Assembly: GCF_037042905.1 (NCBI RefSeq)
Contig: NC_087252.1
Coordinates: forward strand, 6,822,001 to 6,886,000
Direction of reading: 5' to 3'
Origin: Lytechinus pictus
Lineage: Eukaryota
Length of the DNA: 64,000 bases
Of the stretch, positions 13,266-25,900 are shown piece by piece. The notes under the pieces are model-generated. The model was not told the DNA's origin. It made no database searches and saw only the letters and a list, made by a program, of their open reading frames with translations. Made by a program: the position numbers and the translations under genes. Within the stretch, counting starts at the first letter, position 1. Each line of letters begins with the position of its first letter.

Positions 13266-16200
13266 CTGCATTGTTTTAAGACATATAAATTTTCGAAGAA
13301 GTACATTTAATATACTTAAAGGAGAATGAAACTCTTGGAGCAATTTAGCTTTTGTGAAAGCAGAAAAATCAAAGAATAAGATCAACAAAAGTTTGAGTAA
13401 AATAGGACTAGCAATAGAAGAGTTATGAGCATTTGAATGTCGAGATCACTAATGCTATGGAGATCCTCCCATTGGCAATGCGACCAAGATCTATGATGTC
13501 ACAGATGAACAACTCTCCCCTTTTGGACACTGAAAATATACCCCAAAACATATCTTTTTGCTCATTCTAATCATATGACAATCGAGTCATCAATTATATA
13601 ATGTTGTGAAACCTCTGTACTTGTCCTCTCATAAAGAGAACACCTCACCTTGTGATAGACTCTATAAAAGTGAGAATATAAGTGAAATAAGTACTAAAGT
13701 AATGAGGGAGTTGTACGTGTGTGACATCACAGATCTTGGTCGCATTGCCAATGGGAGGATCTACATGGCATTAGTGATCTCAATATTCAAATGCTCATAA
13801 CTTTCTTATTATTCATTCAATCTTCCTCAAACTTTGAACAATATGTTTGTTTGATTTTTCTCTTTGATATGGATTAAGCTGGTTTCAAGGGTTTCATTCT
13901 CATTTAAAACACCTAATCTAAAATCAACATAATAATTAAAAAAGGAGTATTATGTCTGATCTTGTGAGATTTCTAATACGTATCCTGGTCAATTATATAT
14001 TTCCAGAGAATATAAAGTAATTATGAATTTGAGATGAAACAAAATTAAAGGATACTCCGGGCTGAAAATAATTATATCTAAATAAATAGAGAAAAGAAAT
14101 CAGTGAGCAAAGTGCTAACAATGTCATCAGAATTTGATTGCAAATAAAGCAGTCAGTGGAATTTAAAGTTTACTAATATTTTGTGAAAATACTTTATGCA
14201 CATCGTTAGATGGACTAATGATGCCACCCCCTTTCTTTATTTTCTTATAATTATTTAAAAAGATCATGCATGTTGTATTATATGTCTCTCTTATGAGAAA
14301 ACAGCTGCAGAAATTAATGTCCAATACATGAAATCAATTGTCAATCAAAATATAATTGTAAAAGGTTAAAATTTCACTAAACATTATTGCATATAATAAA
14401 ATACTAAGATACAAGTGGGAATAACAAAATCATATTAATTTGCCCACTGCATGTTCATGAAGAGATGCAAAAACTGTTATACCGATATAACGCAAATCTT
14501 TAAAATGTCATAACCCTGTTTTTCCATTGATAAAATTGTTAATGCGTTGATTGTTTGATTTCCCTTTATCTATTCAAATCATATCATTTTCTGCCTGGAG
14601 TACCCGTTTAACGTGTATAAGAGTAGTCATAAAAAGAGTTCTGTTGCACCACCAAGAATAATGATAAGGTAAACACTTGCTTACGCTTAAAATCTAATTT
14701 TCACTTTTTTGTGTACTTTGGGCCTTTATCCCATAGAGACCTGATTATGAATTATCAGAATGATAAAGAGATAATTTGAAAAGAGAGCATTAAATCAAAG
14801 TAGTTGCACGAATGCATAAGAAACAAAAATATTTTTGACAAAATTATACAAGGTTTGTTTGAATGAATATGATCATAAAAATTTAGATTGAGTTTAAAGA
14901 GTAATGTTACACAGCAAATGTATAGAATCAAAAGAAAAGTTGAAAAATATCATTCTTGAGCAATTTCTCACCTCGATCTCTGCTTTGAATTATCTCATTG
15001 GCCACGTTGTTATTCACCCCCTGTGGTATATTCATTTCTTTTCTGTAGAAATGTGTATAAATTGATATGAGTTTATTCAATCTCATGAAAAATAAGAAAT
15101 AATTTGTTTTACATTCACTCAAAGGCATTTCATGGCACATATATAATCAAGAACAATCGCAATGAGGGAAATGTTATAATAATCAGTGATGATTATCACC
15201 AAGAGCGTTTATTCATTATTAAAGTGTTTTAAGAATGGGATTAGGAAAAAAGTCTTAAAGTACGTCTACAATGAAGGGTCTGGGTTTTTTACCTATTGGA
15301 AATAAAATCATATGTATATGTATATCTGTTGGAATGAATTTATCCTTTGTCATTCTATTTCCGTCAGTTAAAGTGTATGTATCTGAGTAAAATGTATGCG
15401 TGAACGTTGGAATTTACTTTAATACTAGCTTGTGTTTTGAGGCGAAGTGTGTATGGTTAGAAATGTGAGTGTGTTCTGTGCTTTTCAGTGGTATAGGATG
15501 TTGTAAAGTTTGGTATAAATATGTGTGGTTATTTAGTATGGGCTGTTACAGTATCGGGTTTGAGGGTGTGCGAGAGTGGATGAATGTGTGGGTGAGTGAG
15601 TGCGAGGTTGTACGCGTGTGTTCGTAAGGTGAGTTAGAAGCAGGCCCCCGAAGCTCCGCCATTTTGTCGGGGACATTTGGGCAAATCCTAAGCAACCATT
15701 TGCATAAACATGAATAATTAATCAGTTCGCTACACATCCCAATAGACTATTAATGCGACGAAGCAGAACGCGGAGATCAGCATCACGCATGCGCATTGAG
15801 CGAGGTCAACTTTGAAACTTTCATGAAAGTTCATGTATTCATCACGCGATTAATTTACTGCTTACTACTTTTGACAAATCAGCGATCTTTAAGAGTCACC
15901 AATAGAGAATCCATGGAATCGGTACACATGAATGCAGTTCTGATCTTCTTTCCTTCCTCGAGATGGGGGGGGGGGGGGGAGGGGTCAATCGGTCTCTTTT
16001 TTTTTAATCTACTCTTTATTTTGCATTGATGCAAATGAAAGGGGCAGAATAACGAACGAGTTTATTTAACGATAACCAATAAGCCATTACAAAGCCGGCC
16101 CGTGCCCCCCCCCCCCTTTGAGAGGCAAAATAAAAAAATTGTAATGTAAATACAAGTGTGCCCCCCCCCCCATTTGAGAGTGAAGGCCCCCCCCCCTTTA

Positions 16201-16923
16201 TTTTTGCTTGTCAAATTTGCCCTCGGGGAAAATTAATGTGCCCCCCCCCCCCCTCTTTCGAAAATCCTGGATCCGCCCCTGTTCTCTAGATTTTCTCTCT
16301 TCGGCTCTCTCTTTTTTTTTTTTTTTTTTTTTTTCTTTGCCTTCTTACAGTCTTATTATTCAATCACACACATAACACACTCTCCCTTCCGCAATTCATT
16401 AAACAAGAAAACAATACTGGGTGATTCCAACTTCGGCGTTGGTGTAGATGCTGGTGTGGATAGCACAATTCAAATTTTTATTCCTCCAAACCTAATATGA
16501 GTTAAAAAAAATAATCAAAATCATGTTATTAAAAGCTCAACATCAAGTGAGGTGAATCAATGAATCAATTTCATTATAATTATGGTGCTGTGCTGATGTA
16601 AAACTTGGTAAGATGCCACACCGAAAGATCAACAGCAAACATGAAATCCCCGTATAACTCTTTATTCTTTTTTACAAATATCTCTATCACATCTACCATG
16701 TCTACATCACAGCCATGGATCAAAAATACTTTTAAGGGGGGGGGGGGGGAGGTGGTGCTTTTGCCCTCTCCCCAAAAGATCATCATTCTCAAAAAGGATT
16801 ACTTTTGTTTTCTTTTCAATGGAACTTATTTTTATTTGTCATACTTCTTTTTTTTATTTCTTTTTATTTTTTATTTTTATCTATACCTTTTTTTCATTAT
16901 TTATTCATTTATTTGAATATTTG

Positions 16924-16954
<31 letters not shown>

Positions 16955-19900
16955 GGGGGGGGGGGAATTTACAGGATATGTAAATACAACCCCCTCTATC
17001 CGGGATCCATGCCTGCGCAATGTAGGTCTCATTACTCTTATCTTTATGCTGCTTGTTCACTACTGCTCGCTCATTCTACAAGTACTTCCTGTCTCTCCTC
17101 AAATGACTTGATTCACCTAAACTCAAAGCTAAAAAGAATCATATAAGACTTGTTAATTCAGTGACAAAATCATGTTTAATTCATTTTATTCCAAATACAT
17201 ACGTCAGGTAACAATTTATTCCTCTTGACTCTAAAGATCAAATTTTGATCAAATCTCGTTCCCATGTGCTAAATATGAAATGATGGAAAGAGGCTACTGC
17301 CCTCTCAAACACAGATGTAGTGTCACATGCCCCCCTTCCCTGAATCCATTCATCATTATTTTTTGTAAAAAAAAAATCTTCATTAACAAAATTATTACAC
17401 AAATGAAGAGTTTGGTTGCCGAAGGAATTAGATCTACTTTGCACCGTTCCGAAAAAAAAAATCATTTTTTTTTAATTATCCCATATTGCCATATTCTTAC
17501 GAGAAACTAAATTTTCATAATCATTATTACCTATATTCACAATATCATTATAAAAACTACTGCTACAATCAGCACTATCATTATCAGTAAAATAACCCTA
17601 TTCCTCCTAGATTGTGCATTTGCTTGCTGGGTGGTGAGGAGGCAAAGGGTTATCAGTACTCTATTCTAAATACATGAATGATAAAGTCATTACGTTTGAT
17701 ATAGGATAATTATTGGTATTTAATTTTTTGCCCTTTTTGAATCATGAGGGTCCTGCAGCTTACATTGTAGTATTCATTTGGTCTTGTAATTCTTGAGTCT
17801 CTATAACAGCGGATGTGAAGCAGAATCATGTTCCACGTCTGTTGAATAAAAAAATACATACAGAAAGGCAGGAATATTAGCAATTCAAGCCGTTGTTGTA
17901 AATAAAAAAACAAAAACAACTTACACTACCGGTATAAAGGTTTATAGAGCATAAGCTGAATGAGTCACCTTTGAAAAATCTGGTGTGGATAGAAGAATTA
18001 ATGTAGGTAGTGAACAAATGAATTGATTTCAAAAGATTTTCCACTTGCTTAGTACACTTTTATATTTACTATTTACAAGCTTGATCTACGGTATTAAAAA
18101 ACAAAATCCTAAAAGGATGATATTAATCGTCCCTTGATATTAAAGTGAAAATGAAAATGGAGCTTGAAGTCTGTCAATACTATTCTAACCTAGTCTCTGA
18201 GCTGATTTTACCGATCATTCAGTCACTATACTAAGTTAAATCTTGGTTTAATAAACACATGATTTTCGAAACTAAATATAGAGGTCTAGTCTTAAGTTAT
18301 TGAGTCTAGATCTAGAATCCTAGATCTATTTAAAAATTTAATGATAGACGGTAACATTAATGTTTAAACAATTAAAGTCAACGACATAACTGTATTTTAA
18401 TTAGGGCCTAGTTTGATTGTTAGGGTAGTGGGTAGTGACCTAGTTCACTGCTAGTTCACTGCTTCAGGGCGTGACGACCCTGCCTTACACGAGTCCCGGG
18501 CTCAGCTGGCTCCGGCTGACAGTACCCGGTATGGGCCCCTGTCCAGGGTGACGGACATCCAGCTATGGGAAAATAGCTAGGGAGTTAACCTCATTGAAAA
18601 CCGGAGTGGAGCCCCGCAGGCGGTCTGGTGTTCGTCTCGACACTCTTCCGGCAGCTTCTGCAGCCAAACTGGTGCCAAATGTATTGTTCTGCTCTCCTTT
18701 GGACTACATCAGTGAGGCCGAGAGGGGGATTCTGACGATTGGGCTACCCAGGATCTCCATAGAAAGAGCCCAGGCTTGCGCTCTGGAGAGGACACTTCAG
18801 TGCCACTGTCAAAAGTGGCAGAAACAACACGGGAAGCAGCAGTCACGATTGGCGTAGGATTCAGGCGCTACGGGTTGCTTCCGTCGGTGGGAGGGATCTT
18901 CGTGTTCCACTGGTCAGCTACCGCCCACCTCAAGCTGGGCAGCCCCCAGTTAGTAAGGTGCTGACCCGCCACAGGCCGCCTGCTCCATCGGGTGCTTGGA
19001 GCTTAGAGAATTGACTCGACAAGCGGACTGAAACTACTGCACCAAGCAATAAACGAAATATAAAGAAAACCCCAGCCTTGCGTTTGGCAAGCTGGAACGT
19101 CAGGACTATGTGTCCTGGCATCTCAGACAATCTTCAAGAGGTCGATGACACCCGCAAGACAGCGATCATCGACCGCGAGCTAAAGAGGCTCAACATTGAC
19201 ATTGCGGCACTTCAAGAGACAAGACTCCCCTCAGAGGGGAGTATCAGAAAAGAGGACTACACCATATTTTGGCAGGGGAGAGAGCCACAGGAACGGCGAC
19301 AGCATGGCGTTGGATTCGCAGTGAGGAACTCCTTACTCTCCTCGATTGAACCACCAAATAGAGAAACAGAACGCATCATTTCACTTTGCCTATCAACTGC
19401 CTCCGGTCTAGTGAACATCCTAAGCTGCTATGCCCCAACGCTCTGCAGTTCTGCAGAGACAAAGGACCAGTTCTATGAGCATCTGGACTCTGTCATTGCT
19501 AACGTCCCTGCCAACGAGCACCTATTCCTACTAGGAGACTTCAATGCACGGGTGGGAGCGGATCATGACTCCTGGCCCAAATGCATCGGACACTTCGGCA
19601 TTGGTAAACTGAATGAAAACGGTCAAAGGTTGTTGGAAGTCTGCTCTTACCACAACCTCTGCATCACCAACACGTTATTTTCCACAAAACCATGCCACAA
19701 GGTATCCTGGAGACATCCCAGATCTCATCACTGGCACCAGCTAGACCTTGTCATCACAAGAAACTCATCCTTGAACAGTGTCCAAGTTACCCGAAGTTAC
19801 CCCATGCGGATTGTGACACAGACCATTCACTGGTTGCTCAAAGCAGAAAGCTCGCCCACGCATCAACACTGCAAACATATCAAGTCGTGACCTGCAGGAT

Positions 19901-22900
19901 CTCTTCGCCGACTCCATCGAACAGGCCCTCCAGGACTATCCTTCTGCTACTGCTGAAGAAAGATGGATTCACATTCGCGATGCAATCCATCACTCAGCCA
20001 TGGAAGTATTCGGCAAGAGAGAAAAGCAGAACCCAGACTGGTTCATAGCTGGAATCACAGAGTTGGAGCCTGTCATTGAAGCAAAACGAGCAGCACTCGC
20101 TAACTACAAGAGTGATCCATCTGTGAAGACGCTCACAGCCCTCAGAAAGGCGAGGACGGATGTCAAACGGGTTGCTAGACGCTGTGCCAATGACTACTGG
20201 TTAGGCCTATGTCAGAGCATCCAGCTTGCAGCAGATAACGGCAACACCCGCGGTATGTACGCATGCATAAAGAAGATCTTTGGGCCAACCATCAAAAAGA
20301 CATCACATCTCAAATCAACTACTGGGGAGATCATTACAGACAAGAAGCTTCAAATGGAGAGATGGGTTGAGCATTATGAAGAGCTTTACTCGCGTGAGGT
20401 GATAGTCAACGAAGCTACAATTGAGAGCATCGAAAGCTTACCTGTCATGGAAGATCTTGATACTGTACCGTCCTTAGAAGAGCTTACAAAAGCTGTGAAC
20501 TCCCTGACCTCCGGCAAGGCTCCAGGAAAAGACGGTATACCCCCAGACCTAATCAAAGCCGGAAAGGACACTGATCTTCTACGCCTCCTCCATGAACTGC
20601 TCTGTCAATGCTGGAAAGAGGGAACAATTCCGCATGATATGCGCGATGCCAACATCATTACTTTGTATAAGAACAAAGGGGATCGCAGTGATTGTAACAA
20701 CTATCGCGGAATCTCCCTCCTAAGCAATGTTGGAAAGACATTCGCCCGAGTGATCCGAACAGACTGCATTTGCTTGCAGCCCGCGTGTACCCAGAATCAC
20801 AGTGTGGATTTCGGGCTGGAAGATCAACCATTGACATGATATTCTCCATTCGCCAACTGCAGGAGAAAAGCCGTGAGCAGAGACAGCCATTGTACATTAC
20901 GTTCATCGACCTTACCAAGGCCTTTGACCTAGTCAGCAGAAAGGTTCTCTTCAATTTGCTTCAGAAGATAGGATGCCCTTCCACACTGCTTCAACTGATT
21001 GTATCATTCCATGATGATATGCAGGGCACCATCCAGAATGACGGCTCTACTTCTGCCCCATTCCCAATCAAGAATGGGGTCAAGCAGGGATGTGTGCTTG
21101 CCCCTACGCTCTTTGGGATCTTCTTTTCTGTGCTGCTTTCACACGCCTTCAGATCATCTAAGGACGGTGTGTACCTACACACAAGAAGCGATGGAAAACT
21201 ACTCAATCTTGCACGACTTCAGGCTAAGACGAAAGTTAGAAAAATCCTGATTAGAGACATGCTGTTTGCTGATGATGTTGATCTGTCATCCCAATCCGAG
21301 GAAGGCCTTCAGAGACTAATTGACTGCTTTTCAGAAGCTTGTGAAGACTTTGGCCTCACCATCAGCCTCAAGAAAACAAACATCATGGGCCAGGATGTAC
21401 GGAGTGTTCCAGATATCACCACTGGAAACTACACCCTTCAAGTGGTTGAAAACTTCACCTACCTCGGCTCCATGATTTCCAGCAAACTCTCTCTTGATCC
21501 CGAGCTCAACGTACGCATTGGCAAAGCAGCAACTATGATGTCTAAACTCTCAAAGCGGGCCTGGGAGAACACTTCACTAACCACCAACACAAAAATGAAG
21601 ATCTATCAGGCCTGTGTGCTCAGCACTCTCCTGTATGGCAGTGAGTCATGGACCTTGTATGCACGCCAGGAGCGTCGTCTAAACGTTTTCCATCTCCGCT
21701 GTCTGAGACGAATCCTGAACATCAAATGGCAGGACTACATCCCAAACAAGGATGTCCTCAAGAAGGGAGGAATGACAACCATCTATGCTCATCTAACACA
21801 ACGACGACTGAGATGGCTTGGGCATGTCACTAGAATGGATGACGGCCGTATTCCAAAAGACATATTGTACGGAGAGCTAGCGACCGAGACCAGGGCTGTT
21901 GGAAGACCTGTCCTTCGCTTCAAGGATGTGTGCAAGAGGGATATGAAGACCAGTGAAATCAAAACTGCAAACTGGGAAGCCCTAGCTGCAAATCGTCCCA
22001 AATGGAGACATGCTGTGAAGATGGGCATCCAAAGGAGCGAACAGAGAAGAGTAGATCAATGGGAGGAGAAAAGACAACTAAGACGACAGATAGCCATGGC
22101 TCCAACAGCTCAGCCACAAGTGACATTTGTATGCAGCAGCTGCAACAAGACCTGCTTCTCAAGGATTGGACTATTTAGTCATCGCAGGAGCTGCACTTTA
22201 TGAATTAGGAACTAAAAGAAACTACCAGCGCAAACTCTATTGTCTCTCGAGACAGACAGATGCCAATATATATATAGTGTGATTGTGAGTGCCATTTCAA
22301 GTGACAGAAAATTCAGGCAAAAAAAAGGGAGTGTCATCTTAAACTGGGTCTGGGCCCTGACTCACTGAAATAATAGACTAGACTAGGTCTAGGCCTACAT
22401 GAGGTCGTTTTGTTGTAGATCTACTTGTAGCCTAACAAATGTAATCGTAGCTTAATTAATGGGATTGTAAATGATTTAGACTCGATATTTGAACAGGGAA
22501 AAGAGAAATGTTTAGCCAAGACATGTAATCGAGTCTACCAATGAATTAAGCCTAACCGATAGGGCCTAGGCATGGTCTAACGTTAGATCGATCTGCGTTT
22601 AGTTAGGCTGTCCGAAGTAGCGACGTCCTCGACCCCTACCGAGGGCCAAGGGATATTTAACAAGTAACGTTACCGCCCGTACGTCTAAGGTAGATATTAA
22701 CTTCAAAGTAAAACATGACAAGACTAAATGAGTTTTGGGAATGAAGCATTTTTACAACAACAAACAATCTAGGACTACGGTCCTATAATGTGAATTCAAA
22801 GAAAGGAACGGGTTGTCATTCATGGAACTGTGAATGTCTTTCTAAAAAAGATGGGTGCGCGAAAGATCACAGACACAGCTAGTCAAGCCTAGTTCCACCT

Positions 22901-25900
22901 GGAGCCGTGATCAGCGCACGCATCGAAATTTCAGAGAAACTCTCGCCCGAAAGTCTGGCGTGATGATATGAGGACTAAAATGGTAGCAGACAGATGTAGA
23001 TCTACAAGTAATCTAGCCACCATCAAGATCACGACGATGGAAATAGTTTTGAGTTTTCGCAAGTCGTTTGCTTCCTGATTTTTCACATTTTATAATAACA
23101 AATTAATTCATGTTGTACCCAGACTGCTTGAGATCCCAACTAACATCAGACCATTAGATTTATTTTTTGTTATTTAATTGAAATTCAGTGTTAATCTGAC
23201 AGTACTCACCGAAAAACTTTCAAGGAAATATTCTTCATCTGTGCGGGTGACGTCATCTTTCAGCCCTTACTTAATTAAGCGGAAGTGACGATAAAGGTCA
23301 AATTATTACGTACAAATTTGAATTCAAAAATACATTATTCATAAGGTAAGGTCCAATCAAATCGCAGTATTTTTTGATTACGCGAAGAAAAAATAAATGA
23401 TTCTTTAGCAATATGCAAATGGTGCTTAGGATTTGGTTCAAATGTCCACAGGGGGGTGTGGCCAAAAGTGGTAAAAAATACGCTTATTACCATTGAGCTT
23501 CTATGGAGTGTCTGTACGTTATATGCAAATGTTATTTAAATGAGGCTTTTCCGCGGGTGCTACCTTTCCGTCTATACGTATTTATTTTTCGATGGTTAGA
23601 AGAGTGTGTGCATGCACGGGATGTGAGTTGTGTGTCAGAGGACGTGAGTGTTAGAGAGGGTGTGATGTGTTCGAGTGTGAGAGGGTGGAGGGGTGTGTAT
23701 GATAGGGTGCAAATGTGAATGTGCAGGCAGTGTCTGTAAAAATGTGTGTACCTTAAAGATAAGTGTGAGTGCGTGGGTGTGCGTGGGATTATCTGAGTGG
23801 GTGTATGGGATTTCCGCCCGTGTAGTAATATAAAATGTGAGCGTAGGTGTTACCTTCTAGGGTTTGTTTGTATGTGTGCTCGACAAAATATAATTCCTTC
23901 TACTTACCTTTTATCATTCTTGTTTGACTCATGGAACTCTAGTAAATAGATATATAAATATACACGATTGCAATAGAGTGATGAAGAATTGAAATGTAGC
24001 AATATGTACACTGAGATTGCAAAATAAATTCAGGATGTCACTCGAGGACAGGATGTTGAAGACTTAATAAACCTTTGCTTTTTAACTTTCAGTTTTTTTA
24101 TCTTTCCATGATAATAAAATTAACGTATCGATGACCATTGAAGATCCCACCTACTTAAGTTGTATTATGATTTAGTATTTCTAACACGATCTTATTAAGG
24201 GGAAATATGGTCAGATCTAGTTCACAGACCTTCTTTAGACAAACCAAAATACACGATATGAGTAGCGGGGAAAATGACAACTTTGCTTTAACTGTATTTG
24301 TATGATCATCATCGTATTCACAATATTATGTATGTTGTCTTTAAACAGTTATTTAACAAGAACCGTAGGGCAGAAAAATATCTTCCCACTCTGCGCCTTT
24401 ACAGTTATATCACGGGGATCACCTTTGAACGTGCTCCTCTTGTAATGATTATCATAATTGTCATGATTATACTCGTTTAAACGGTTGGATGAGTATAACT
24501 TTAGGTCACATGTCCGTTGTCATACCTCGTCTTTGTAGTCAAGTTAAACAAGGTTTAGCGAATTACATTACATTACTTCTTCTTTTACATTCTCATCTAC
24601 GCTATTGTAACAAAACTGCTGAGTAATCACCTGGTTTGGTTTTTCTCCTCAGAGGAATGAACTGTACAAAGTTGATGATAATAGAAGCTACTAGAAGGAT
24701 GGCTAAGATAGCTATTCCAGCAGATGCTCCAGAACTCAGACCAGACGGTGAACAAGGACATGGTGTAGGCTCGGGTGTGGTCTCTGGTTGGAGAGAGAGT
24801 TTTATATCTGTTATTATAGATTGTGGAATTTAATTCGTATACCTGGAAAATCAGATTGATCATAGATGAGACAACCATACAGGTACATGTAGAAGGTCCA
24901 TGCTTCAACTCAGTATTCGAGACCCTATTCTGTAATAAAACCCGCGCAGTTTGTCCATCATACAGGCTATCATTTTTAAATCGAATATGTCCATAATTAT
25001 TCCAAATCTGCCCCGAAACATATCCACAATTTGTTATATACTGTCGTAAACAAAATTTCCTTTAAAAGATAAGACAAAATAGTCTTAATAAACTTATGGG
25101 CCCGGATTCATAGAGGGAAATATCTATTGAGATTTAGACCTAAAATCTGGGCATTCTAGATACATTTTTTTATTATAAAAATCAATACATCGCAAGCGCG
25201 AGCTGAAAAAAAAATTGATGGCGATCTGAAGAGGGTCAATTTAAGCACTGTTTCAAGCATCGTAGGGAAATTGTGAGGTGGATTTAGATTGTACTTCACA
25301 AATGATGCGAGCCCCAAGCGCGAGCCGATTTTTTTATTATCATTTTGACCAAGCACCCGGGAACGTTGTAAGGACAATTTGTCATCACATGAAAAATACT
25401 ATTTTTTTCCATTCCTCTTCCTAAGCGCGAGATGAAACGAGATTAAACGCATTTTTAAATCGAAAACATGTATGTCCATAATTATTTCAAATCTGCCCCA
25501 AAACATATACACAATTTTTGAAATATTGTCGTAAACAGAATTGTCTTTAAAAGATAAGAAAAAAAGTCTTAACAAACTTATGGGCCCGGATTCACAAAGA
25601 GGACTGAGGAAAATCTATTGAGATTTAGACCTAGAATCTGGACATTCTAGATACAATTTTTTATTATGAAAATCAATAAATCGCAAGCGCGATATCGATA
25701 TTCCATTCAGAAAAAAGGGACAATTTCGTTATTAGGAATTCATAGAACTGTACCTTAATTATTGATCAATCTTATATTAATGAGAACTCGAAATCTGTTC
25801 ATATTAAAAGGGAATGAAACCTTTGGAACAAGTAGGCTTGTGTCGAAACAGAAAAATCAAAGAATAAGAACAAAGAAAGTTTTAGAAAAATTGGACAAAT

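Larger units (their letters stand above)
15641..23594. mobile_element. ~8 kb Zisupton-like non-autonomous DNA transposon in an intron of gene A
   Basis: 8-bp TSD GTTAGAAG (15633-15640, 23595-23602); single copy at the empty paralogous site ~58904-58911; CA..TG ends; asymmetric subterminal inverted repeat 15671-15706 / 23412-23447. Confidence 0.8.

Noticed and set aside
17710..17847. Possible exon inside the Zisupton-like element
   Set aside because: Good acceptor but no recognisable protein similarity or partner exon
24526..24530. Possible 5-nt microexon ACGAG (also ~60063-60067)
   Set aside because: Inclusion would break the phase that links TM, 31/28-nt and 71-nt exons
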